20,416 nt of DNA from Crocinitomicaceae bacterium (GTDB taxonomy: Bacteria > Bacteroidota > Bacteroidia > Flavobacteriales_D > Crocinitomicaceae), in contig JBBIIM010000010.1 in NCBI GenBank assembly GCA_037446475.1, positions 17,551 through 37,966 on the forward strand. The letters run 5' to 3'. A model generated the notes under the pieces. That model saw only the letters and a list, made by a program, of their open reading frames with translations, did not search any database and was not told where the DNA came from. Position numbers and translations under genes: made by a program. Shown in pieces: positions 8,898 through 17,207 of the stretch (within the stretch, counting starts at the first letter, position 1; each line of letters starts with the position of its first letter).

Positions 8898-10730
8898 TTA
8901 ACGCAAGCCTTCATATACAGTCAGCCGGATATTGTCCATTTTAAAAGAACCATTTCCGGCCATCCAAGCGAAACTTTGAATTTCGTCGCGGGTCATATTG
9001 CGGACATCCGCGGAATAAAAAACATGCTCCACTTTGGTCCATGTATTTGCTCGAACATGGGGCTGTTTTTCAACCTCGATGTATTGGTCGTAGTAGGGTT
9101 TGCCGCGATGTAGCATTTTAAACACAACGCGAGGCAAGACCTCCTCCGGCTTACCGTTGCAATACACCCAAGCCTCCAGGCGGAAAATCACGTTGCGTTG
9201 CCTTGTCACTTCGGAGTATTTTACCACAAAGTCCTTGGAATAAATTTGCTCGGAATTTGCCTCAACGCCTTGCCATTCAGCACCCGCATCAGATTCAACA
9301 CCTTGCCAAACGCCCTCCACAACTCGAGCGCGAAGCACTTTTGAAATTTTCAAATTGTCCTGATTACCAGATAAACGGTCGAGCGCCGGGACGTTTTTGT
9401 CCACCAAGAGCATATTGTTAAACTCAGGATTCTTTGCTGTTTTGAGGAAGTGCGCCCAATAAGCTTCAGGCGTCATTCGGGACGGATGCAACAAGCCGTG
9501 GTGGATTTGCCAGGTTTGAAAAAGATTGAGCGCAATACAAGCCACAATTACAACCCCCGTAAGGACTTGCACCGGCCATTTTTTGGTATGAACCTCCTGC
9601 AAAAAGAAACCCGAAGGAATCAGCAAAACCAAGTAAGATTGCACCAAGGCCCGCTGCCCGAAAGATTCCGCATACCACCAACAGGTCCATGAGGAGAGCA
9701 CAAAAATATTGACCATGCTAAACACAAAAAGCGGCAGGAAATCCGGGCGATTTTTGCGTTTCATAAACCAAAAACCAAAAAAACTCAAAGCGAACAAAGG
9801 CGTGTAAACCAGCCAACCTTTGCGAGCGCTGAAAAGAAAATCCAAAGTATGCGGACTCAAAAAATCAAAGCCTTCACCGGCATTGTTGTAGGCATCCACA
9901 AAAAAATGTCCAGTAGCCAGTTTGTAATACACCAACTGAATTGACCCGATGACCATCATAACACCCAACACGAGCCACACGCGATTTTTATGCGCTTTCA
10001 TCCAAAGCCATTTTTGTTTGAGCGTCTCTTTGTTGCTCACATGCCAAAGTGCAGGAATTAAGATCATCAGCAATTCAGTGCCGCGGATAAGTGCAGCAAT
10101 ACCAATTACAAGGCCCAGACTTATGCTGTTTTTGAAATTAGGCGTTTCATGCCAGCCCTTTGTAAACAACAACAGCAGCGCGTAAAACAAAAACAAGTGT
10201 CCGTGAGGCATGGCCACCATAGCCGTGGTTGTAAATAAGAAGTTTGTTCCGGCAAACAACAACAGCAAAAGCAATGCAGTTAAGTGTTGTGAGAAATAAC
10301 AGAGCAATACTTTTCCGGCAAACCACAGTCCAAGCAAAACGTAAAACACATGACCTGTGATGATTGCCCATTGGTAGGGTGCAGAAAATCCATCCTGAGC
10401 GAAGCCGAAGGTCGGCGCCAAATGGTGTCCCAAAAAGAAAAACGGTGCATAAATCAATGCAAAGCCAAGGGGATATTTGATCACGTAATTGCCGGTGTCG
10501 GCTTGCCAAAACTGGTAATAAGTCGGCGTGGCGTTGTACTTCTCATTCATCGCAGTGAGCCAAGACCAATCTGTCAAGAAGGGATCCTTGTAAATAAAAT
10601 TGGCCGGCAAATGTAGGTAGGCACCATAGTTGTCCCACGACAGCACATTAACGGGGAAATGATCGGCAAGCGACAAGAGAAACCAGCAAGCAACAAAAAG
10701 AAAAGTAATATTGAAAACGTGGTTTTTCAT
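8898..10730 (-). CDS. Polytopic membrane protein, possibly a GT-C-fold glycosyltransferase-like enzyme, with a C-terminal soluble beta-sandwich-like domain
   Basis: About 12 predicted TM helices in the first ~440 aa, with a first-loop acidic/aromatic motif (SWDNYGAYLHLPANFIYKDPFLTDW). Final ~170 aa are hydrophilic (VVEGVWQGVESDAGAEWQGVEANS...NGSFKMDNIRLTVYEG), resembling a carbohydrate-binding beta-sandwich. Family assignment is inference. Confidence 0.5.
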   Translation of the reverse strand: MKNHVFNITFLFVACWFLLSLADHFPVNVLSWDNYGAYLHLPANFIYKDPFLTDWSWLTAMNEKYNATPTYYQFWQADTGNYVIKYPLGFALIYAPFFFLGHHLAPTFGFAQDGFSAPYQWAIITGHVFYVLLGLWFAGKVLLCYFSQHLTALLLLLLFAGTNFLFTTTAMVAMPHGHLFLFYALLLLFTKGWHETPNFKNSISLGLVIGIAALIRGTELLMILIPALWHVSNKETLKQKWLWMKAHKNRVWLVLGVMMVIGSIQLVYYKLATGHFFVDAYNNAGEGFDFLSPHTLDFLFSARKGWLVYTPLFALSFFGFWFMKRKNRPDFLPLFVFSMVNIFVLSSWTCWWYAESFGQRALVQSYLVLLIPSGFFLQEVHTKKWPVQVLTGVVIVACIALNLFQTWQIHHGLLHPSRMTPEAYWAHFLKTAKNPEFNNMLLVDKNVPALDRLSGNQDNLKISKVLRARVVEGVWQGVESDAGAEWQGVEANSEQIYSKDFVVKYSEVTRQRNVIFRLEAWVYCNGKPEEVLPRVVFKMLHRGKPYYDQYIEVEKQPHVRANTWTKVEHVFYSADVRNMTRDEIQSFAWMAGNGSFKMDNIRLTVYEGLR

Positions 10731-10849
10731 GCTAATCCAAACAATTTATAAGACAAGACAAATATCCATTTTTCATTGGATTAAAATTCTCGGGAAAGCC
10801 AATCCAAGAACATTTCGTGCACAATACACTCACATTCTCATAAAATATA

Positions 10850-10857
10850 TACTTTTG
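10850..10857 (+). promoter_or_regulatory. Candidate -7 promoter box (TAnnTTTG) for the SRP RNA
   Basis: tacttttg lies 5-6 bp upstream of the predicted SRP RNA 5' end. Confidence 0.35.
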
Positions 10858-10861
10858 CCGC

Positions 10862-10958
10862 GGGGTAAGTCTCACACGACCAGCTCCTGCCTAATCCCCC
10901 AGGACGGGAACGTAGCAAGGGTCGGTGGTCGTAGCGGTGCGATGTGAGTAGCTTGCCC
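10862..10958 (+). ncRNA. ffs: Small (4.5S-type) signal recognition particle RNA
   Basis: Terminal helix GGGGUAAGUCUCACAC pairs with GUGUGAG..UUGCCCC. Domain IV core CCAGGACGGGAACGUAGCAAGGG aligns with E. coli 4.5S CAGGUCCGGAAGGAAGCAGCCAAGG (GGAA tetraloop closed by ACG/CGU, then AGCA and AAGG). Followed by a T-run (10950-10958), and a strong hairpin terminator lies 40 bp further downstream. Confidence 0.65.
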
Positions 10959-10990
10959 CTCTTTTTTTGAACGCAATTGTCAAAATCATA

Positions 10991-11028
10991 GTGAAACCCG
11001 ATGCAAAAGTATCGGGTTTTTTGTTTGG
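10991..11028 (+). terminator. Rho-independent terminator hairpin, possibly bidirectional
   Basis: aaacccgata..(loop)..tatcgggtttttt. It lies downstream of the SRP RNA and 8 bp beyond the stop of the convergent EamA gene. Confidence 0.55.
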
Positions 11029-11035
11029 GGAAAGG

Positions 11036-11956
11036 CTAAACGGCGCTCGCTAATGCCGCCTCATCAGCTTGTTTGTTTTTTCTGGAAATTCGGTTTTTGA
11101 GCACTCCGTTGGTTATTACCGCAGCAACAATGATTGCCGCTCCGACATAAAACAAGGGGTCTTTTTTCTCAGATTCTGCATAAAAAATCAGAGCCAAAAT
11201 GATGGTGTAAATGGGTTCCAGGTTGATGGTCAAACTTACTGTAAACGCACCCAAGTGTTTCGTTGCATTTACCGCCAGGATGAAAGCCACTGAAGTACAA
11301 ATCACGCCAAGAAACAACAATTTCCAAATCAAATCGCTGTCCAAATTAAACATGCCGGCGTGGAAATTTGAGCCCAAAAGCAAAAAGAGCGTCAACACAG
11401 CAAATCCACTGGTCAGCTCGATGAGCGTCAATTGCGGTGATGGCATTTTCTCCACCAAAACGGCGTTGCATACCGAAAAAAGTGCCGCCAAAAACGCAGA
11501 CAACAACCCAATCAAAATGGCTTCAAAATGCGCGGATTCCTGAGCGCTTACCAGCATCATACCGCCCAAGACAGCCACACTCAAGATCAAATCGGCCACG
11601 TTGAACCTCGTTTTTTTCAGCAAGGGTTCAAGCCAGGATACGTGCAACGTCGTGGTCGCCAAACAAATAATTCCCAATGAAATAGACGACAATTTGATGC
11701 TGTGAAAAAAGGTAATCCAATGCAAACCCACCATCACGCCAACGCCCATAGTAAACAACCACAATTTCGGGCTTAAAGCCACCCGAACTTTTTGTATGAA
11801 AGGAAACAACACGCCCAAAGAGGCCACCGCTATCCCCAAACGCCACCAAACCATTTCAGTGGCAGGTAGGTCAATCGCTTTGCCCATAATTCCGGTGTAG
11901 CCCCAGATGATTACTACCAAGTGGATGATGATGGTGTATTGCAGTTTTTTGGTCAT
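11036..11956 (-). CDS. EamA family transporter (DMT superfamily, 10-TM)
   Basis: Two tandem ~140-aa halves, each with 4-5 TM helices. Typical EamA pattern (IIWGYTGI...). 306 aa. Confidence 0.75.
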   Translation of the reverse strand: MTKKLQYTIIIHLVVIIWGYTGIMGKAIDLPATEMVWWRLGIAVASLGVLFPFIQKVRVALSPKLWLFTMGVGVMVGLHWITFFHSIKLSSISLGIICLATTTLHVSWLEPLLKKTRFNVADLILSVAVLGGMMLVSAQESAHFEAILIGLLSAFLAALFSVCNAVLVEKMPSPQLTLIELTSGFAVLTLFLLLGSNFHAGMFNLDSDLIWKLLFLGVICTSVAFILAVNATKHLGAFTVSLTINLEPIYTIILALIFYAESEKKDPLFYVGAAIIVAAVITNGVLKNRISRKNKQADEAALASAV

Positions 11957-12053
11957 TTCAAAAAGTATAAAAGCACAAGCGGAAACCGATGAACCCGATT
12001 TCCGCTTGCAATATTACGACAACAAAGTAATGTCGAAGGTCAAGTTCAGGAAT

Positions 12054-13166
12054 TTACTTCTTGCTGTATTTCTTTTTGAGTTTGGCGGTTTCTTGTTCCA
12101 ACTCCTTTTCTTTCAAATCCAATTTGGCTTGCTTGGCGTTGATTTTAGCCTGACGCGCATTCACATCCTCGACTTGAACTTTGCCTTTGGACACTTCTTT
12201 ATCGAGTTTGTCTTGTTCTTTTTTGATGCCCTCGCGCTCCTTGTTGATCTGGTCTTGTTTTTTGGTGATTTTCTTCACGGAATTGGCGTAGGCTTCCTCG
12301 CGTTTCAGTTCTTTCTTCGCCTCCTTCTCAGCTTTTTCAGCCGCTTTGCGGGCTTCCTCGGATGCTTTTCGGGCTTTTTTCTCTTCTTTCAATTTGGCTT
12401 TAGCTGCTTTTTCTTCTTTTTTCTTGGCTTTTTGTAATTCAGCTTCCCGTTTTTTAGCATCTGCCTCGGCTTGTTTTTTGGCGGCTGCGGCGGCCTGCTC
12501 TGCTTTCTGGCGCTCTTGCTCTTTAGCTAAATTTTTCAAATCTTCCTGACGTTTTCTCTCTGCAGCTTCGCGCTCACGCGCCTCTTGTTCGCGCGCTTGC
12601 TGTTGTGCATCGAGCGTTTGTGCAGACTGTCGGGCTTTATCTTTGATTTCAGATTCTTTGTTGCGTGTTTCTTCGGCCGCCTTCTGTGTTTTTTGCTCGT
12701 TTTCAAGGCGTTGCGTCTCGTTTTTTCGTCGCTCCTCTTCCAATTGCTTTTTCTTTGCCTCGCTCTTTTCCTCAATCTGATTGACCTGATTTTCCGTAGC
12801 TATAATTTCCAAACCTTCACCCTGCACCAAAGCAAAAGGGTAGGAACGACCATTTACCAAAGACACATTTTGCAACTCCTTGCTGATAAATCCGGCTTTG
12901 CTCACACGGATGTTTGTTGGTTCGTGCAAATAGTTACCAATCTCCAAACGAGCCACACCCAACGCACTCGTTTGACCTTGGCTCACAATTTTTCCATGGA
13001 TCATTACCTCAACCTGAGCTCCTTCCAAAGGCTGATTGATGTGATTGACTTGAACAGAAAATACCAACTTGCCATGTGCAGGGCTTTGTGAATTGTCAAT
13101 TTTTACAGCGAAAGCGTTTTGCGCGATTCCCAAGCAAAACAAAAGGAACAATGTGTAAGATTTCAT
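12054..13166 (-). CDS. Secreted protein with an N-terminal CarbopepD_reg-like beta-sandwich domain followed by a ~250-aa Lys/Glu/Ala/Gln-rich coiled-coil tract (TolA-domain-II-like)
   Basis: Signal peptide MKSYTLFLLFCLGIAQNAFA. Residues ~30-120 form a CarbopepD_reg-like domain (GKLVFSVQVNHINQPLEGAQVEVMIHGKIVSQGQTSALGVARLEIGNY). The remainder is highly charged (EAKKKQLEEERRK... through KKYSKK). The low-complexity nucleotide sequence produces long spurious antisense ORFs. Confidence 0.65.
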   Translation of the reverse strand: MKSYTLFLLFCLGIAQNAFAVKIDNSQSPAHGKLVFSVQVNHINQPLEGAQVEVMIHGKIVSQGQTSALGVARLEIGNYLHEPTNIRVSKAGFISKELQNVSLVNGRSYPFALVQGEGLEIIATENQVNQIEEKSEAKKKQLEEERRKNETQRLENEQKTQKAAEETRNKESEIKDKARQSAQTLDAQQQAREQEAREREAAERKRQEDLKNLAKEQERQKAEQAAAAAKKQAEADAKKREAELQKAKKKEEKAAKAKLKEEKKARKASEEARKAAEKAEKEAKKELKREEAYANSVKKITKKQDQINKEREGIKKEQDKLDKEVSKGKVQVEDVNARQAKINAKQAKLDLKEKELEQETAKLKKKYSKK

Positions 13167-13265
13167 CCAATAAATTTTGGGATAAATTTAAAAATTTCGT
13201 CTCGCATTGGAAGAGATTTTGCAGAGCTACTAAGAAAAATCCTGCCTGAGAAAAGAAACTGCTGC

Positions 13266-13940
13266 CTAAATCAAGCGAATCAAATGTTGTAACTCAGCTA
13301 AATCCATGGCTTCATTTTGTTTGTTCCAGGCCGCGGAATGATACCAAGTTGCACCTGTTTTTTTCAAGGAGTCAATGTTGTGTGAACGAACACCGCCGCC
13401 CACAACGATTTCCAAGCGATTGCCTACTTGGTCCACGCAGCGTTTGAGTGCAGGAATGCCTTCCTTGGCTGTGGCACAACCTCCTGATGTAAGCAAGCCC
13501 GTAAAACCCAAATCCACCAATTGCTCAAGCGCTTTTTCAGGATGGGGCACCTGGTCAAAAGCGCGGTGAAAAACGGCTTTTTTGTTCGATTTATCCTTGA
13601 TAACCTCAATAATCTCTCGACATGCCTCCAAATTGATGGTGTTGTCTGAATGAAGCGCCGCAAACACAAAACCATCTGCACCCGCGGATTCAAACTCCGC
13701 AACTTGAGCCTTCATGATGTCAATTTTGTAGGTTGAATAGACAAAATCTCCCTCCCTTGGACGAATCATCACATGGATTTTAGCCTCGGGAAATTGGCTG
13801 CGCAGCAAAATGAATTCATCCAGTTTCGGCGTTACGCCACCTGAGGCATAGTCCTCACAAAACTCTACGCGATGGGCACCTTGCTCCAATGCAATTTTGG
13901 CGTCCTCTGCTCGGAAACATGCAACTTCTAATTTACTCAT
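13266..13940 (-). CDS. cutC: Copper homeostasis protein CutC
   Basis: Translation MSKLEVACFRAEDAKIALEQGAHRVEFCED...IHVMIRPREGDFVYS...GFTGLLTSGG matches the CutC family TIM-barrel. 224 aa. Confidence 0.8.
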   Translation of the reverse strand: MSKLEVACFRAEDAKIALEQGAHRVEFCEDYASGGVTPKLDEFILLRSQFPEAKIHVMIRPREGDFVYSTYKIDIMKAQVAEFESAGADGFVFAALHSDNTINLEACREIIEVIKDKSNKKAVFHRAFDQVPHPEKALEQLVDLGFTGLLTSGGCATAKEGIPALKRCVDQVGNRLEIVVGGGVRSHNIDSLKKTGATWYHSAAWNKQNEAMDLAELQHLIRLI

Positions 13941-14053
13941 GGTTGACTCATTTTTGTTTGACGCTCAAACCTCAAACACCTTTTGTGTTTTCAATTTGGC
14001 GATGGAAAATTAGCCATTATTTTGAAAATGAAGAATTTGAGTTACAACCAGAA

Positions 14054-14776
14054 TCACCGTTTGGCTGTGGCCACTCCCACAACGCTCACCTGAACCTCAG
14101 GGATTTCATCCAAAAGCACGCGGATACAGGCCTCCAAGGTTGAACCCGTAGTGATCACGTCATCCACCAAACAAATGTGTTTGCCCCGCCAGCGCTCAGG
14201 GTTCTTGATTGCGAAAACCGATTCCACGTTGCTCCAGCGCTCGTATTTCCCTTTTTTGGTTTGTGTTTCTGTAAAAACACGTCGTACCAAAATATTCTTG
14301 TCAAAAGCAACATTGAGCTTCTCTGCCATTCCCAATGCGATTAAACTTCCCTGATTGTAGCCGCGCAAATATTCTTTCTTCGGATGTAGCGGCACTGAAA
14401 TAAGCACATCAGGCTTGACAAAATCTGCTTTTTCCAACAAGCCATTCGCAGTTCTCAAACCCAACTCGTGGGCAAGCGCTCTGTTGTTTTTGTACTTTAC
14501 GGCATGAATTAAACTTTGCGTATTCGACCCTTGTACAAAATACAGCAAGGCATAAGTAAAAACGAGGGGAACGCGACCATAGAACAATTTGTCGAGAGAG
14601 GTTGGTTCCTGAAATTTTTCAAAATACGTGTACTGAAAATCAGAAAGGCAAATCGGACAAATTTGGTCAAAACCATCAGGAAGGCCTTCTCCGCAAGCCA
14701 CACAGTCGTATGGAAAAACAAAGTGAACCACAGACTGCATCCAAAGCTTGAGTTGTGACCTGAAGTAAGCGCCCAT
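14054..14776 (-). CDS. comF: ComF family protein (competence protein F, phosphoribosyltransferase-domain)
   Basis: N-terminal zinc-finger-like CxxC..CxxC (CVACGE...CPICLS) and C-terminal PRTase motif ICLVDDVITTGSTL. 240 aa. Confidence 0.8.
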   Translation of the reverse strand: MGAYFRSQLKLWMQSVVHFVFPYDCVACGEGLPDGFDQICPICLSDFQYTYFEKFQEPTSLDKLFYGRVPLVFTYALLYFVQGSNTQSLIHAVKYKNNRALAHELGLRTANGLLEKADFVKPDVLISVPLHPKKEYLRGYNQGSLIALGMAEKLNVAFDKNILVRRVFTETQTKKGKYERWSNVESVFAIKNPERWRGKHICLVDDVITTGSTLEACIRVLLDEIPEVQVSVVGVATAKR

Positions 14777-14888
14777 TTTCGAGAATTGTTAAACGAACTT
14801 AGTAATTCTTTGTGAAATATCACCGCTTCAATAAAATGACTTATTCCCACATTCCGAATTCACTAACTTTGGTTCGAAAAACTCAAGT

Positions 14889-15773
14889 ATGTCAGGGCAT
14901 CACAAAGAACAAATTTTCAAAAATTTTACATGGATTGATATATTGAATCCTGACCGGAGTCAGCTTTCAGAGATTGCCAGCCAATATGGGCTGGACATGC
15001 TCCAAATACGAGACAGTATTGAAGTCGGTCACTTGCCAAAAATTGAGTCTTATCCAGACTATACTTTTCTGATTCTTCGCGCTTTCACTGGACACCTGAC
15101 CGATCGCAATACAAACTTGAACAAACTGACCAATAAAGTGGCATTCTTCGTAAGCGCCAACCGCGTTATTACAATTCGCAGGGTTGATTTCCCTTTCTTG
15201 CATGATATTCCGGATGAAATTCAAAACGCGGACGGCTTCATCATTTTCTTGATTAGAAGTATGTTCAAGACCTTCGAGGAACCACTTCAGATACTGTCCA
15301 AAAAAGTAGATTTATTGGAGAAAACCGTCTTTGTACGCTCAAACATAACCGTATCTTTAGAGGATATCTACTACCACAAAGCACAAACTCGTTTGGTGAA
15401 AAAAATCATGCAGTATTCGCAGCAAGTCATCAACCAAATGGTGGTGAAAGACAAGTTCAAACCGGGATTAGAAGATTTGAAAGACAGAATATTGGGCATC
15501 ACACACGCTTGCGATGATGTGATAGACGACACCAACAACTTGATGACCACCTACCTGTCGTTAAACGCGCAAAAAAACAACGAAGTAATGAAACTGTTGA
15601 CTGTGTTCTCAGTATTCTTCCTGCCTTTGACTTTTATCGTTGGTGTATACGGGATGAACTTTGAAAACATGCCCGAATTGAAAATGAAATACGCTTACTT
15701 TATTGTTATTGGCGTGATGGCGGCCATCGTGGTGTGGATTTACCTTTGGTTTAAGAAAAGGAAAATATTGTAA
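14889..15773 (+). CDS. corA: CorA family Mg2+/Co2+ transporter
   Basis: Cytoplasmic N-terminal domain followed by two C-terminal TM helices with the signature YGMNF (GMN) motif. 294 aa. Confidence 0.85.
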   Translation: MSGHHKEQIFKNFTWIDILNPDRSQLSEIASQYGLDMLQIRDSIEVGHLPKIESYPDYTFLILRAFTGHLTDRNTNLNKLTNKVAFFVSANRVITIRRVDFPFLHDIPDEIQNADGFIIFLIRSMFKTFEEPLQILSKKVDLLEKTVFVRSNITVSLEDIYYHKAQTRLVKKIMQYSQQVINQMVVKDKFKPGLEDLKDRILGITHACDDVIDDTNNLMTTYLSLNAQKNNEVMKLLTVFSVFFLPLTFIVGVYGMNFENMPELKMKYAYFIVIGVMAAIVVWIYLWFKKRKIL

Positions 15774-15794
15774 TGTAATCCGTTTGAAAACTTG

Positions 15795-16451
15795 CTAAAG
15801 CGCCATCTCCGGCACAAGATCAGGCACTACCAAATCGCCTTCAGTTTTGTTCACAATTTCTTCCACAGAAACACCTGGTGCGCGTTCAAGCAAATGGAAT
15901 TTTCCGTCTTTTATTTCAAGTACGCAAAGGTCGGTAACCACTTTTTTCACGCAACCCACACCGGTTAGCGGCAAAGTACAAGATTTCAAAATTTTGCTCT
16001 CCCCTGCTTTATTCGTGTGCATCATAGCCACGATGATGTTCTCGGCGCTCGCCACCAAGTCCATGGCGCCGCCCATACCCTTCACCATCTTACCCGGAAT
16101 TTTCCAGTTGGCAATATCGCCATTCTGAGAAACTTCCATGGCGCCTAGAACCGTGAGCTGCACATGCTGACCTCGTATCATGGCAAAGGATGTTGCCGAG
16201 TCAAAGAAAACAGCACCTTTTCTCACTGTTATGGTCTCCTTACCGGCATTAATCAAATCTGCATCTTCCTCTCCGTCAAGTGGATAAGGACCCATACCCA
16301 AAACACCATTTTCCGACTGAAACTCAACTTCAATGCCTTCCGGAATGTAGTTTGCTACCAATGTTGGAATTCCAATTCCTAAATTGACGTACCAACCGTC
16401 TCTGAGTTCCTGAGCAATGCGCTGTGCAATTTGATGTTTGTCGAGAGCCAT
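15795..16451 (-). CDS. scoB: 3-oxoacid CoA-transferase subunit B (succinyl-CoA:3-ketoacid CoA-transferase beta)
   Basis: Family-characteristic blocks [26 protein letters not shown] and the glutamate-containing active-site region. 218 aa. No A subunit gene is adjacent. Confidence 0.85.
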   Translation of the reverse strand: MALDKHQIAQRIAQELRDGWYVNLGIGIPTLVANYIPEGIEVEFQSENGVLGMGPYPLDGEEDADLINAGKETITVRKGAVFFDSATSFAMIRGQHVQLTVLGAMEVSQNGDIANWKIPGKMVKGMGGAMDLVASAENIIVAMMHTNKAGESKILKSCTLPLTGVGCVKKVVTDLCVLEIKDGKFHLLERAPGVSVEEIVNKTEGDLVVPDLVPEMAL

Positions 16452-16603
16452 GATTAATTTTTCTACAAAATAAATGATTTAATAGCAAACGGAAGTAGCA
16501 GACCTCTGAGATTTACCGGAATAATACCGGGGAAATTTACACGAAGTTCTTTGAAAGCAAACCAAACACGCAATTCTCCGTTTCTCTAGAACAAACACCT
16601 CAC

Positions 16604-17152
16604 ATGAAACACTTCATTTTTCTCGTCAACTTTATTCTTTCTATCACGCTTTTCGCACAAGCACGCAACCCTTGGAACGACTACAAAAACCCCACGGAGA
16701 CACACAACCTTTTTAAAAAATACACAGGCGACTTCAGCATGGAAATTATAATGTATTTGGAGCATGAAGATTCGATTGTTTATAACGTTGATTCGAAGCA
16801 TGCTATGCTCTTGGGAGGACGATTTTTGGAAATGAATCAAAGAGGTAGCATTCAAGACATGGAATATTTGACGCGCATGACCATAGGCTACAACAATGCG
16901 AGCCAACAAATCACAATGACCGTTTTGACCAACATGGGCACTGGAACCTTGAACCTAGTAGGACATTGGACGGAAAAAGGCAAAAAGGCTGAACTTCACG
17001 GGCACTTGTTGAACCCGGTGACAAAAAACTGGATTCAAGTGAGACAAGAAATCACATTTGTGGATGAAAACACCCTGATTATCGAGAATTTCGACCGCAC
17101 TGAGACCGCACCTGAATCCAAAACGGTGCGTTATACGCTCACACGAAAATAG
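16604..17152 (+). CDS. Secreted hypothetical protein (lipocalin/DUF1579-like size class)
   Basis: Signal peptide MKHFIFLVNFILSITLFAQA. 182 aa, with no catalytic motif recognised. Followed directly by a strong terminator. Confidence 0.55.
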   Translation: MKHFIFLVNFILSITLFAQARNPWNDYKNPTETHNLFKKYTGDFSMEIIMYLEHEDSIVYNVDSKHAMLLGGRFLEMNQRGSIQDMEYLTRMTIGYNNASQQITMTVLTNMGTGTLNLVGHWTEKGKKAELHGHLLNPVTKNWIQVRQEITFVDENTLIIENFDRTETAPESKTVRYTLTRK

Positions 17153-17158
17153 ACACTG

Positions 17159-17191
17159 AAAAAGCCCCTCACAGAAGTAAGGGGCTTTTTG
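17159..17191. terminator. Bidirectional rho-independent terminator
   Basis: aaaagcccctcac..agaagtaaggggcttttt is a GC-rich 9-bp stem flanked by an A-run and a T-run. It sits between the convergent genes ending at 17152 (+) and 17208 (-). Confidence 0.7.
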
Positions 17192-17207
17192 ATATGTAGA
17201 GATCAGA

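Noticed and set aside
10991-11028. Hairpin considered as part of a longer (~165-nt) SRP RNA
   Set aside because: The terminal helix closes and a T-run occurs at 10950-10958, consistent with the ~100-nt small SRP RNA type. The downstream hairpin is better explained as a terminator that is possibly shared.
12100-12760. Repetitive nucleotide tract examined for CRISPR-like or tandem-repeat structure
   Set aside because: There is no fixed-length repeat-spacer periodicity. The repetition is codon-level (AAA/GAA/GCN) within a protein-coding coiled coil.
11907-13091. Long + strand ORFs (11907-12437, 12346-12549, 12585-13091) with Phe/Leu/Ala/Ser/Cys-rich low-complexity translations
   Set aside because: They are antisense to the well-supported K/E/A-rich secreted protein gene and the EamA gene. 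Their existence is explained by the purine/pyrimidine skew of the coiled-coil coding sequence. They have no signal or start context.
16451-16604. Short direct repeat taccgg(N5)taccgg in the scoB/secreted-protein intergenic region
   Set aside because: It is too short to interpret without comparative data, so it could be a chance occurrence.
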